The notes under the pieces are model-generated. The model ran no database searches and was not told the origin of the DNA. It was given only the letters and a program-made list of their open reading frames with translations. The position numbers and the translations under genes were made by a program. 64,000 nt of DNA from IMG/VR virus record IMGVR_UViG_3300025012_000066, positions 1-64,000 of that record. The stretch is one strand, 5' to 3'. Source of the stretch: a virus. This document shows positions 22,601 through 31,888 of the stretch, in pieces (positions within the stretch are counted from its first letter, which is position 1; each line of letters opens with the position of its first letter).

Positions 22601-23905
22601 GGTCAAACCGTTGATGTAAGGGATGATTTTGTGGGGAAGGTTAGTGGGAGTGTAGTTGAGAATCCTAATTTATTTAAGTATGCTCCAGGTCTTACAACAT
22701 TACAAACACCTACTGGAACTTGGCTTGAACCTACACAAGGACAATTAGATCTAATTAAATCACTAGATAATAGTTTATCCGTTTCTTCTCGTTTAGAGAA
22801 TGGTGCAATAGCACAATACCTTTTCTCCTATAACATCATAGCAATTGTGGAGCAAAAATACGGCGCAATCCCTGCGATTGATAAGGTACAGTGGTTGAAG
22901 GATAATTTGAGTAATGTTGTTTGTAATTGGTGGGGGTATGGTAGTGGTCCAAGTGGAAATAAAGCTATAATTGCTAGTTGGCGTACAAATAGTTCTTCGT
23001 GGGTAAATTTCTCAACAAATAACACTACAGCTACAGTTCAGAGAGTGCAAGGCGTCTTCAGCAATATTCCTGAGTCGTACATCATAAATAGTGACGGCTT
23101 CGTCCACTTCCTAGCCTACGCAGACGCTTCAGACGGAGTAACAGCATCCACCATCTACACGGACTACTGCAACATTGAATTAACCTTCAAAAAGCCAACA
23201 GGTTATGATGTTTTATCTTCTAGTAATCCAAGAAGAGATGCAGGGTTGAGTAATATTTTGCTTGTTAGTAAAAATACAAAAGAAGTACAAGTGTTGTTTA
23301 ATTGGAGTAACGAGTATAATCTAGTGACTTATTCAGAATATTTAGAAGCACCAAGTCCAATTTCAGCAAGTACAGAGGTGACGGTTTTAAGTGAAATTCC
23401 AGAATGGCAAATCGTTGACATCTCAAGTGCTTGCGGAACCAAAGAGGGTATTCATCCTTGGAAATCATTAGCTTATAGAGTTGGTCAAGACAATTTAAAT
23501 CTCTATGGTGAAATCGGAATATCAAATCTCCCCTTTGCTTCAGATAATATCAATACAAATATTGGGAGTAAAGTCACAATAAATGGATTAGGTTATTTAG
23601 CAAATTATACTAAACAATATGGATTAACTGCTATATCAAAACCACTTGTGGGAATTAGCAGATGGTTATGTATGTATAACTCTCAACTTTATCTATTAGT
23701 TTTAAGCAAATATGTAACGAATGGTTCATTTGTTGTAGATGGGGCTGGAAGTTGCTATTTAATTCCAATTATAGGGAAAAATTTAGTGAAGATAGATGAT
23801 GGAATTGTTAGGAGTGGTGTGGTGACTCCTACTAAGTGGGCAACAAATAGTTTAGTTGTTGAAGGTTTTGTGTCGAAAGCAACTAATACATTAATTACTT
23901 CTTAA
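19670..23905 (+). CDS. tail fibre / receptor-binding protein (LamG-like segment + two repeated domains)
   Basis: 1411 aa, T/S/G/V-rich; two DxxxKVSG...ENPN ... SDGVTAS...DY repeats. Confidence 0.8.
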   Translation: MSTMKYFDIGTQTWQRVDSGAINDGVDRIIPSDLKSFHRSQLHSGFLNFGSISDFTLSISTLNAVKINRDLFVNLNSYYVKIPVNTLIQFSAPPSSGIRNDLAYLKATLDSKGYLTGATIQVADNANTLTNISYTLDSVDKGLYKNGSNLAIEICTIPRRNSGSYLPSNPNGAKNYYALGASNSITTTYTGSSVIITVPSTTGMQINDIIKSGANIFLVTAIGSSTQFTATYTTPTSSVSGVLNLTLVSDRVDGNYSNVIDSRDLQINNDLRHRTQFQYNFDYEVKRGSDQFMRGELSPKKLLKTYHGIPKTEIDNNTIFYASLDGTTVAEVGGTDLKNVTATFKPSLVGSGLVVSGYYKRIDVSTFNLNSAGTIDLLVSPLVNTSNGIFSLRDASDKCLLSLVMDTASTRLFLGTGNGTTYYTDTVLGGSTFKYTTMPEIAKQSMIPLRVTMAYSGSTTVIKLLVNGSVKYTITFSGQLPTIKDLVFFSTSDMHNSQNFSAYYANGILADISISNIDRGSLFPNLPADFISGDAVIMPAYTDQRRILSESQTTQTVNSIVKATNLLNSRGVSRVIIGTPNTWSANDTVTVTGMAGELISGVYSSPLATVIKDALSTDTVIYTDSVTGLVAGDEVKLVDRVLGTILATKTIATDGVDTTLKKVTFTATIGVALSKYQVVVMESTASSSVPLVYHMVAGVKTAVVGTWATLSTNVATFTLGTNAGLVAQDIQIDYSMIMPAGQPALSVPTTTTLMGEAGFRLPYANQTITSDYANKVSGRTWENPNIAKTLSAIVANNPAPTDFTTELITSEYAKMFTLDGILTTFSTSVNGDQAVRIHQLNTIKNIERKLGSKIPASTTALKVAWIKSNVSKLIPKLNCSGSSPTGNKATVAIRDNNSNTWTVGGNHTNAGITLISYDITSASTVTLANAIDANGILNVISYGDVSDGVTASVINNDYVSLDIVFQNKIVNLFGLATGQTVDVRDDFVGKVSGSVVENPNLFKYAPGLTTLQTPTGTWLEPTQGQLDLIKSLDNSLSVSSRLENGAIAQYLFSYNIIAIVEQKYGAIPAIDKVQWLKDNLSNVVCNWWGYGSGPSGNKAIIASWRTNSSSWVNFSTNNTTATVQRVQGVFSNIPESYIINSDGFVHFLAYADASDGVTASTIYTDYCNIELTFKKPTGYDVLSSSNPRRDAGLSNILLVSKNTKEVQVLFNWSNEYNLVTYSEYLEAPSPISASTEVTVLSEIPEWQIVDISSACGTKEGIHPWKSLAYRVGQDNLNLYGEIGISNLPFASDNINTNIGSKVTINGLGYLANYTKQYGLTAISKPLVGISRWLCMYNSQLYLLVLSKYVTNGSFVVDGAGSCYLIPIIGKNLVKIDDGIVRSGVVTPTKWATNSLVVEGFVSKATNTLITS

Positions 23906-23931
23906 TCATGTATAAACAAAAAATAATAAAT

Positions 23932-24043
23932 ATGGTTGATAAATAAGGTTGCAAACTTATTTATTGTAATAAAAGAGCTATGCTGATACATGGCTCTTTT
24001 CCAATTTCTAAAAACTTTTGTCAGAAAGGATGATTAAATTATA
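23932..24043 (+). promoter_or_regulatory. structured HEG leader
   Basis: AAAAGAGCTATG-CTGATA-CATGGCTCTTTT at 23971-24000; TGTCAG at 24019 abuts SD AAAGGA. Confidence 0.65.
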
Positions 24044-25036
24044 ATGACGAGAAAAAAGACGAACGAAGAATTTATTAATGAATTATATAATTTAAGAGGT
24101 AATCAATATGAAGTATTAGAAAAATATAATGGGAGTCGTATTAAATTATTAACTAGACATAATTGTAATGAATGTAATAATTATGAATGGGAAGTTTCTC
24201 CTTATGATTTAATAAGTAAAGAAGTGCAATGTCCAGTTTGTCAGCATAAAAAACAAGGAGAGATGAGAGCAAGATCGCAGGAAACTTTTGAATCACAAGT
24301 TTTTAATGTTTTTGGCGATAAATATATTATTAAAGGAAAGTTTAAGAATATTGACAAACAAATTGAAGTTTATTGTACTATTTGTAATAAATCATGGAGT
24401 CCTATTCCTTATCATCTATTGAATGGACATGGATGTCCACATTGTAATGGAAATGCTCAAAAAACAACAGATGAATTCACTCAACAAATAAAAGATAAAC
24501 ATAAGAATAGATACACAGTAATTGGTAAATACATAAATTCAAAAACAAAAATAGAAATATTATGTAATATCTGCAATGAACCTTGGTTAATATTCCCTAA
24601 TAATTTAATAAGAGATTATGGTGGATGTCCAAATTGTAACCTTAATAGAGCAGAATTAGCAATTAAAGAATGCTTAACTCAAAAGCAAATCAATTTTAAA
24701 CCTCAATATAAATTTGATGATTGTCGTAACATTAAACCATTACCTTTTGATTCAGCAATATTAGATGAATATAATAATGTAATAGGTTTAATCGAAGCAG
24801 ATGGGCAACAGCATTTTGAACCTGTGAGATTTGGTGGTATATCGCAAGAAAAAGCAGAGAAGAATTTTATAGAAACTAAAAAGAGGGATAAGATTAAAAC
24901 GGAATACTGTGAGAAAAATCATATCCCCTTACTCAGAATCCCATATTGGGAGTTCAACAACATAGAACAAATAATAAATAATTTCATCCAAGAACTATCA
25001 CCCCAACAAGATAATTCTATTTTAATTGCCAAATAA
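24044..25036 (+). CDS. Hef-like homing endonuclease (zinc-ribbon repeats + DUF559/Vsr-like nuclease)
   Basis: Three CxxC..W..CPxC repeats; QYKFDDC..LPFD..IEADGQQH..RIPYWE. Confidence 0.85.
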   Translation: MTRKKTNEEFINELYNLRGNQYEVLEKYNGSRIKLLTRHNCNECNNYEWEVSPYDLISKEVQCPVCQHKKQGEMRARSQETFESQVFNVFGDKYIIKGKFKNIDKQIEVYCTICNKSWSPIPYHLLNGHGCPHCNGNAQKTTDEFTQQIKDKHKNRYTVIGKYINSKTKIEILCNICNEPWLIFPNNLIRDYGGCPNCNLNRAELAIKECLTQKQINFKPQYKFDDCRNIKPLPFDSAILDEYNNVIGLIEADGQQHFEPVRFGGISQEKAEKNFIETKKRDKIKTEYCEKNHIPLLRIPYWEFNNIEQIINNFIQELSPQQDNSILIAK

Positions 25037-25060
25037 TCAATCATAATATAATAAATCAAC

Positions 25061-25119
25061 TCAATAAAGTTCAATAAAGTTCAATAAAGTTCAATAAAGT
25101 TCAATAAAGTTCAATAAAG
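25061..25119 (+). repeat. 10-bp tandem repeat TCAATAAAGT x ~6
   Basis: Five perfect copies plus TCAATAAAG running into RBS AAAGGAGG. Confidence 0.97.
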
Positions 25120-25133
25120 GAGGTACAATCTTA

Positions 25134-26018
25134 ATGAAAACAATACTATTCGATAGAATTTCTAATAAAATTACAGGAATCGACAGAGAAAAATTAAACT
25201 TCGAATACTCGGTTCTGCTCCCATTTCCTATCAATCTCAATAAAACAATATCTGAACCAACAAATGAAAAAATACAAAAAGTCAATGATAATGGTGAATA
25301 TTTATACAAAGATAATATCCAAACCATTACAGATGAATTTGGCAATGAAATTGAGACATATGATGAGACTATTGAATCAGAAAAAGTAATAGAATGGGAC
25401 AAACAAACTGTAACTTACCGTATAGCATCAGATGAATATATTACAGAATTGCAAGATGTGATTCAAGAGGATGGTTCAATAGTTCAAGAAGAAGTTCAAA
25501 TTATTGTATATCAAGAAATAACAAATGTAGTTAATGTTCCTAAGACTATTGTAAAATTAGAACCTGTAATGATTGATGGAATAGTTGGTAGAATTTATAC
25601 ATTAGAAAATGGATATATGAATTTTGATTATCATGAGGTTTTGGAAGCAAAGAAACAAAGTATAAATAATAATTCATTGACCAATCTCTGCTTTTTTGAT
25701 GAGGACTTCATTAATAACGATTTAATCTTATCAAATTGCAGTATCGGTGATGGGATTTTAATCTTACATTCTGGAGGAGTTGTTTCTAAAACAGTTCAAC
25801 TCCCTAAATTAACAAACATCATAGAAATTTACCAAGAATCACAAAATAATGGATTGGTTTTTGAAGTAAATGATGTTCAAGTACATTTTGAAGGAGACAC
25901 AATAATATCGTCTAAAGGTAGGGTTAAATTACCTGAATACATAAATGAAATTACGATAAAAGTATCAAATCCAATAAATAAGAATCTTGAATTGTATGCG
26001 TTAGGAGTGATGTGTTAA
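25134..26018 (+). CDS. tail-associated hypothetical protein
   Basis: Strong RBS; follows the tail fibre gene. Confidence 0.7.
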   Translation: MKTILFDRISNKITGIDREKLNFEYSVLLPFPINLNKTISEPTNEKIQKVNDNGEYLYKDNIQTITDEFGNEIETYDETIESEKVIEWDKQTVTYRIASDEYITELQDVIQEDGSIVQEEVQIIVYQEITNVVNVPKTIVKLEPVMIDGIVGRIYTLENGYMNFDYHEVLEAKKQSINNNSLTNLCFFDEDFINNDLILSNCSIGDGILILHSGGVVSKTVQLPKLTNIIEIYQESQNNGLVFEVNDVQVHFEGDTIISSKGRVKLPEYINEITIKVSNPINKNLELYALGVMC

Positions 26019-26353
26019 TGTCTGATTCGATTGATCTATGGCAAATTGTAGAGAAAGATTTAGAAAAACAAACGGGTAGTCTAAGCAAGAATGTCAGTTA
26101 CTTGGAATATTACAGTGATATATTAGGTTTAATTTTAAAAGAAATGGTCTCAATATTACCTCCAGAATCAATTACTCCTCAATTACAAGCAAAAGTTAAT
26201 ATATTAAGTACAATATTAGAACATTCTAGTATTGATTTATCAAATATTTCTTCTCCTTTAGAAATATGGAAAGTTGGAGGAATCATTGACCTTAAAAAAA
26301 TTAATACAGAATTACGAGAGATGTACATTTCAGCGAAAATGAGTGGTGTTTAA
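26012..26353 (+). CDS. hypothetical protein
   Basis: Coupled ORF with RBS AGGAG. Confidence 0.65.
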   Translation: MLMSDSIDLWQIVEKDLEKQTGSLSKNVSYLEYYSDILGLILKEMVSILPPESITPQLQAKVNILSTILEHSSIDLSNISSPLEIWKVGGIIDLKKINTELREMYISAKMSGV

Positions 26354-26355
26354 TC

Positions 26356-26835
26356 ATGGATATTAATGAAATAAAACCAACAGATATATTAGCATATAAA
26401 GGTTCAAATCCAATATCAAAAATAGTTAAAAAATTAACAAATTCTAATTATTCACATTTGATAATTTATATATCAGATGGCATTGCAATAGAAGCAGATT
26501 GGAATGGAATTCAATATTGTAATATAGATAAATATAAAAATTATCTAGATGTCTATACATGCGATTCTTTAACAGATATTCAAAGAAAATTAATTTGTGA
26601 TTATGCTATATCAAAAGTTGGAGATAAGTACGATTATGGTTTATTAATTTTTATGTTTTTGAAAAGAATATTAAAGTTCAGGTTTAGAATCAGGGATAGA
26701 AATAGTGATGTGTGTAGTGAATTGGTTAATGATTCATATGCTAAAGTTGATGGAATGAGATTAGTAAAGAAAAGATATCCTTCGCCACAAGAGGTAATTA
26801 GTTCAGATAAGTTAAGGTATATTAGAAGTTATTAA
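26356..26835 (+). CDS. permuted papain-like amidase (YaeF/YiiX, C92 family)
   Basis: DILAYKG, YSH, IEA, GDKYDY, CSELV (His precedes Cys). Confidence 0.85.
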   Translation: MDINEIKPTDILAYKGSNPISKIVKKLTNSNYSHLIIYISDGIAIEADWNGIQYCNIDKYKNYLDVYTCDSLTDIQRKLICDYAISKVGDKYDYGLLIFMFLKRILKFRFRIRDRNSDVCSELVNDSYAKVDGMRLVKKRYPSPQEVISSDKLRYIRSY

Positions 26836-26916
26836 ATAATTAATATTTCAGAAAATAGTGGAGAATGGATAATAAGATTTAATTCTTTTTATTAATTAAA
26901 TGGAAGGTGAATAATT

Positions 26917-27792
26917 ATGATAAAAAATAAGGTAGTCGTGCTCGATATAGGTCATGGAGGTCGTGATCCAGGGGCATTGGGTATTAAAACACAAGAAAAA
27001 AATAATAATTTAACTTTAGGACTAAAAGTAGGAAAAATACTTCAACAACATGGAGTCACAGTAAATTATACTAGAACAACTGATAAAGATTTTTGTTCAA
27101 ATTCATATGATATAAATGAAGATTTACAGAATCGTATTGCAATTGCGAAACAATATAATCCTGATGTCTTTATAAGTTTTCATAATAATGCGTTTAATAA
27201 ATCAGCCAAAGGAATCGAATGTCACTGTTTTAAATTTGGAGGAACAGATGAGAAATTAAGTAGAAGTATTCAAAGTAATATGGTTTTTGCTTTAAACATG
27301 ATGATTGCCCGTAAAGTTAAGGCAAGTAATTTTTATGTTTTGCGTAAATTCGATGGAACAAATACAGATGCTTGTTTAGTTGAATATGGATTTATTGATT
27401 CTGAGGAAGATGCTATTTTAGCAAATATGGATAAAGCGAGTGTTGCTATTAGTAAGGGGATTTTAGAGCATCTTGATATTGCTTATAAAGAACAAATTAC
27501 TTCTACTATTCAATCAGCAATAAATAATAATCAAGGAGTGAATGATATGTTAGATGTTTGTGTATTGCTTTACAGTAAAGAAGATTATTGGTCTGGGACA
27601 GATGTTTCTGAAAAAAATGGTAACTGTGCTTTATTTATTCGACCTGCTGATAAATCTGTACCAAAAGATGCGATGAGTTCAAAGAAGTTGATTATAGTTG
27701 GAGGATCTAGTGTTGGACATCCTTGTGAAATTTTATTAAGTGGAAAAACAAAATACAATACGGCTGAAGCAGTTGGAAAATATTTAGGATAA
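26917..27792 (+). CDS. endolysin: N-acetylmuramoyl-L-alanine amidase (Amidase_3) + C-terminal domain
   Basis: LDIGHGGRDPGA, E, ISFHNNA, LVEYGFID. Confidence 0.95.
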   Translation: MIKNKVVVLDIGHGGRDPGALGIKTQEKNNNLTLGLKVGKILQQHGVTVNYTRTTDKDFCSNSYDINEDLQNRIAIAKQYNPDVFISFHNNAFNKSAKGIECHCFKFGGTDEKLSRSIQSNMVFALNMMIARKVKASNFYVLRKFDGTNTDACLVEYGFIDSEEDAILANMDKASVAISKGILEHLDIAYKEQITSTIQSAINNNQGVNDMLDVCVLLYSKEDYWSGTDVSEKNGNCALFIRPADKSVPKDAMSSKKLIIVGGSSVGHPCEILLSGKTKYNTAEAVGKYLG

Positions 27793-27954
27793 TAAAACAA
27801 ATGCCAATTAGAGGTATAAAATAAAAATTACACCTCTTTATTAACCTATTAAATTGGTCAATATTATTTTATTCAGTTTTGTATGTATTTGACAGCCAGA
27901 TATTGCCCATCTGGACTGTCATTTGGGAATTACAAAGCGTTAACTTTGTAAGAC

Positions 27955-28392
27955 TTGTCTGAATTATACATCAAGAAAGGGGCAATTGTCAACATGAAAA
28001 ATATAATTATGGAAGAGGTGTTGAATTTGAGCATTGAGCCAGAAATAAAGGAAGTTTTGGACGACCATAAAAAAATATTAGAGGAGCATACAGATAAGAT
28101 TCAGGATCTTCAAATTGATAATGCTAGTACAAAGGAGCAATTAAATTCGATTAAAACACAAATGAATGATGTAAAGGAAATTGTAACAGAATTTAAAACT
28201 AGTTATTTACAGACAACAAGTTCAATGATGGGAACATTAAGCCAAGTGGTAATTAATACTAGCAATAATAATAAAGAAATTGCAACAACCACTAATAATA
28301 ATAAAACTCAAATTGCACTCAAGGTTTTAGCTATTGTTGGTGGTTTAATTGTTGGGTGGTTTGCTTTAAAGGGAGTCACTATTAGTATTTAA
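27955..28392 (+). CDS. coiled-coil protein with C-terminal TM helix (XhlA-like lysis accessory)
   Basis: Lysis cassette position; C-terminal LAIVGGLIVGWFAL. Confidence 0.65.
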   Translation: MSELYIKKGAIVNMKNIIMEEVLNLSIEPEIKEVLDDHKKILEEHTDKIQDLQIDNASTKEQLNSIKTQMNDVKEIVTEFKTSYLQTTSSMMGTLSQVVINTSNNNKEIATTTNNNKTQIALKVLAIVGGLIVGWFALKGVTISI

Positions 28393-28418
28393 TATTAAAA
28401 ATAAGGAGAATGATTTAA

Positions 28419-28769
28419 ATGGATATTACAACAGCATTACAAAGTTTTATGGTTTTAGGTACTTTAACTCTTGGTGTCACACAAGTTTATAAAGAAGTGA
28501 TTTCTGACAAGAATACACAAAAAGTTAGTGTATTGATTGCTATGATTCTTGCTCTAGTTACTGGGACTAGTATTTTACAACCTTTAGGTTTTGTACCTGC
28601 AACTAATTTTGTTGATTTAGTGAGTCAATTTAAAGTTGGATTTGATGTTTTATACTGGATTGCAGATATTGGTGTAACAGGATTCTTAGCATCAAAGGGG
28701 AGTAACTTTGCCATTGATTTGTTTAGTAAGAAAAATATAAATGAAAACAAAACAGAAAAAGTAGATTAG
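28419..28769 (+). CDS. holin
   Basis: Small multi-TM protein; TGFLASKGSN motif; charged C-terminus. Confidence 0.8.
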   Translation: MDITTALQSFMVLGTLTLGVTQVYKEVISDKNTQKVSVLIAMILALVTGTSILQPLGFVPATNFVDLVSQFKVGFDVLYWIADIGVTGFLASKGSNFAIDLFSKKNINENKTEKVD

Positions 28770-28808
28770 TATCATCTACATAATAAAAACCAATAATTTC
28801 ACAAATAT

Positions 28809-28887
28809 AAACACTCTCTAAGCGTTTAGAAAAGTCTCTATCATACAAACTTACATAGAATCAATTTAAACAGCTTAGAGAGTGTTT
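28809..28887. repeat. inverted repeat with 15-bp arms
   Basis: AAACACTCTCTAAGC ... GCTTAGAGAGTGTTT. Confidence 0.85.
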
Positions 28888-29301
28888 TCTGTGTGAATCA
28901 GATTATTGTGGGCCTGAAAGTGTTGATATAGTAAGGTTTAAAATGTGTCTGACTTACAAGAATTTACTATTTTAAAGAGTTAGTTCACTAAGGGCATTGG
29001 ATGTAATCCAAGCAAATGCTAATTTTAAAGGTATGGTCAAGAGAGGGATTTATGAGAATAAATTTCCTCTCTTTTATTATGTCTAAATTTAAATAATCTT
29101 CCAAAAATCACTTAGAGAATAGTGAAAACTATTCTAACACATTTTCTTTCATTCTTATTTTATTTAGTAAGAAACGGCGAAGAGAAGAGTTAGGATTTTC
29201 TTGACTTTTCTCTAAGTGATTTTTGTATATGGAAACAATTCTTCGCCGTTTTGTTTTTGTATTGAAATTACTAATAAAAATAAGAAAGAAGGAAAAAGAA
29301 A

Positions 29302-30498
29302 ATGAGTAATGGTAATGTATTAGTAGAGTCCCAATCAGCAAGAGAAGAATTAGTAGTCAAGGTAAGTGAGGAAAGAGTTGGAGAAATCTTAAACAAGGTA
29401 AAAGGTTTAGTTTTGTTGGCAGATGATACACACGTGACGACAGAAATGGTTGCGAATTTTTATGAAGTTGGACTAGAAGCAATAAACAGTTTGATAAAAG
29501 ATCATCGTAATGAATTAAATACTGATGGGTTAACGGTTTTAGAGGGTGAACAACTAAAGTCCTTTAAGAACATCTGTCAAATTGAGTCAAGGGCAAGAGC
29601 TTTAACGATTATTCCTCGCAGAGCAATACTTCGTATAGGTATGATTTTAAGAGATAGTATTATCGCTCAACAAGTTAGAACTTATTTACTTGATGTTGAA
29701 GGTAATACAAAAGTAGAAGATAAACTCATTGCATTAGGACAAGAAACTAACAATATAATATCAATATTAAATGAAAAGGTAGATAATTTACAATTGAGTA
29801 ATAATACACTTAGACAAAATAATAGTGTAATTATTACAGACAATGAAGAATTAAAACATAATGTCTTAATGTTAATAACTAAAGTTGATGAATTATTAGA
29901 GCAACCTCTTTTCAAGATCCACTCTAATTCTAGTAGATTATATGACATGTTAATTATAAATGACTTTATGAATGCAATGGAATCATTAGGAATGAAAAAA
30001 TCATATGATAAACATTACGCTTTGTTTAATAAAGAGTTTGAGAATTGGACAGGAATAAATTTTGGTGATAAGAAAATAAATAAAAAACAATATTGGATTT
30101 CATATTATGGAATTGAATCAATAAAGCAATTTATCGTTGGTATTGCACAGAAAATAATTATTAAAAATGATAATGGATATTGGGTTAGCAAAGCAGGTAT
30201 TTATAGCAATAAAGTTGAATGGAAGAAAATATTAAATTCCTTTGGCAATAAATGTGCTTATTGCAGTAGCGAAGAAATAATTCTAGCAGAACATATTGTG
30301 CCACAAAGTAGTGAGGGATCAACCGATTGTATTCATAATTTAATTCCAAGTTGTTCTCTTTGTAATGATAGAAAAGGTACAATGGATATGAAGTCATGGA
30401 TAGAACTTAAAAGAAAAGAGGGAATGACTGATGAACAATATGAAAAAATTAGAGATCATTGGAGAAAATATCATATTGTTTTAGATTTAGATATTTAA
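29302..30498 (+). CDS. antirepressor-like DNA-binding domain + coiled coil + HNH endonuclease
   Basis: VTTEMVANFYEV...RRAILRIGMILRDS; CAYC..EHIVP..NLIPSCSLCNDRKG. Confidence 0.8.
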   Translation: MSNGNVLVESQSAREELVVKVSEERVGEILNKVKGLVLLADDTHVTTEMVANFYEVGLEAINSLIKDHRNELNTDGLTVLEGEQLKSFKNICQIESRARALTIIPRRAILRIGMILRDSIIAQQVRTYLLDVEGNTKVEDKLIALGQETNNIISILNEKVDNLQLSNNTLRQNNSVIITDNEELKHNVLMLITKVDELLEQPLFKIHSNSSRLYDMLIINDFMNAMESLGMKKSYDKHYALFNKEFENWTGINFGDKKINKKQYWISYYGIESIKQFIVGIAQKIIIKNDNGYWVSKAGIYSNKVEWKKILNSFGNKCAYCSSEEIILAEHIVPQSSEGSTDCIHNLIPSCSLCNDRKGTMDMKSWIELKRKEGMTDEQYEKIRDHWRKYHIVLDLDI

Positions 30499-30542
30499 CA
30501 ATACATAAATAATATTATCATATTGATTAGGAGGAATACAAC

Positions 30543-30761
30543 ATGAGCAAATCAAGAATTGAAGAAATAAAAACACTATTAAATAATGAAGGTTTTTATA
30601 TGGATATGGGAATTGATCATTCAAATCACACATTTAATGTCAGTGTAATTGATAATAATGATGAACTCGTAGATGTTTATACTATAGGATTGACAGAACT
30701 ATACAATAAATTATTCGATGATGATGCTGAATTTAAATGGATTGGTGATCTGGATAATTAA
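30543..30761 (+). CDS. hypothetical protein
   Basis: RBS AGGAGG. Confidence 0.7.
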   Translation: MSKSRIEEIKTLLNNEGFYMDMGIDHSNHTFNVSVIDNNDELVDVYTIGLTELYNKLFDDDAEFKWIGDLDN

Positions 30762-30870
30762 TAGTTTATACAAAGGGGTTGTCCAATTAATAATTTGGAT
30801 GACTCCTATTTGAAGATTTCACTACCAATCCTATAGAGAAAAATAAATAAACAAAAAAAGGAATGATTTT

Positions 30871-30963
30871 ATGACAAATCAAACATTAGAAAGTAATAAA
30901 TCAGAACTTAAAACCTTCTATGTTAAAAGTATGAAATTGGCTGGATTTTTGAAATATTATTAA
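30871..30963 (+). pseudogene. truncated 5' copy of the DUF5659-like gene
   Basis: MTNQTLESNKSELKTFYVKSMKLAGFLKYY*; 16 aa identical to 31889-32080. Confidence 0.8.
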
Positions 30964-31008
30964 AATATAACAGATACAAAAAATAAATAAATTGTAAACA
31001 CAAATTTT

Positions 31009-31131
31009 ACTAGCAAGAGGTAGTGGAAGTAATTACCCACTATTAGATGTAACTCGCACATCGTTCTTGCTAGTTTTTATAATTACGGGCGAGTATACTA
31101 AAATCAAAATAAGAAAGCGAGTTGTTTATTA
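31009..31131 (+). promoter_or_regulatory. structured HEG leader
   Basis: Outer stem ACTAGCAAGA/TCTTGCTAGT; GATGT-AACTCGC-ACATC; GCGAGT(T) at 31089 and 31117. Confidence 0.7.
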
Positions 31132-31872
31132 ATGGAAGGAAATATTGAAATTAAAGAGGAAGAAATTCTCGAACCCTATGGTTTTATTTATGTGACAACC
31201 AATATGGTTAATGGCAAAAAGTATATTGGTCAGAAAATGTTTAAAAAAGATTGGAAATATTATTTAGGTAGTGGAGCATATTTCTTAAGGGCTGTAAAAA
31301 AGTATGGTAAGAAAAATTTTAGTAGAGAAATTATTGCTATTGCATATTCAAAAGAAGAGTTAGATATATTAGAAGTTCAATTTATAAATCACCACAATGC
31401 AGTTAATAGTACAGATTATTATAACCTTGTTGGAGGTGGATATGGAGGGAATGCTGGAATACCTGCGTCAGAAGAACAAAAGAAGAAAATGAGCGATTCT
31501 CATAAAGGGCATGAAACATCAGAGGAAACAAGAAAGAAAATTGGAGAAGCAAGAAAAGGTCATTTAGTATCAGAAGCAACTAGGGATAAAATAAGCAATA
31601 CTCTTAAAAATTACATAATAACAGATGAACATAGAACGAGTTTAAGTGAATCTGGCAAAGGACGCATCTTTTCAGAAGAAACAAAATTAAAAATAAGTGA
31701 GTCACATAAAGGAAAGAATATGGCTTTAAATTCTGAACAAATAGTAGAAATTAGAGAAAAATATGCAACTGGAGAATATAAACAGTATGAATTAGCAGAA
31801 ATATATTTTGTTACAAAACAAACAATCAATAATGTTGTAAATTATAAATATGCATATAAAAATGTATCGTAA
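31132..31872 (+). CDS. GIY-YIG homing endonuclease with NUMOD3 repeats and C-terminal HTH
   Basis: GFIYVTTNMVNGKKYIGQ; repeated SEETRKKI-type units. Confidence 0.92.
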   Translation: MEGNIEIKEEEILEPYGFIYVTTNMVNGKKYIGQKMFKKDWKYYLGSGAYFLRAVKKYGKKNFSREIIAIAYSKEELDILEVQFINHHNAVNSTDYYNLVGGGYGGNAGIPASEEQKKKMSDSHKGHETSEETRKKIGEARKGHLVSEATRDKISNTLKNYIITDEHRTSLSESGKGRIFSEETKLKISESHKGKNMALNSEQIVEIREKYATGEYKQYELAEIYFVTKQTINNVVNYKYAYKNVS

Positions 31873-31888
31873 ATTAAGGAGTGTTATT

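Noticed and set aside
19670-23905. Diversity-generating retroelement target
   Set aside because: No reverse transcriptase and no adenine-only TR/VR pair seen; the internal repeats are diverged at the protein level.
25061-25119. Second CRISPR array
   Set aside because: Contiguous 10-bp units with no spacers.
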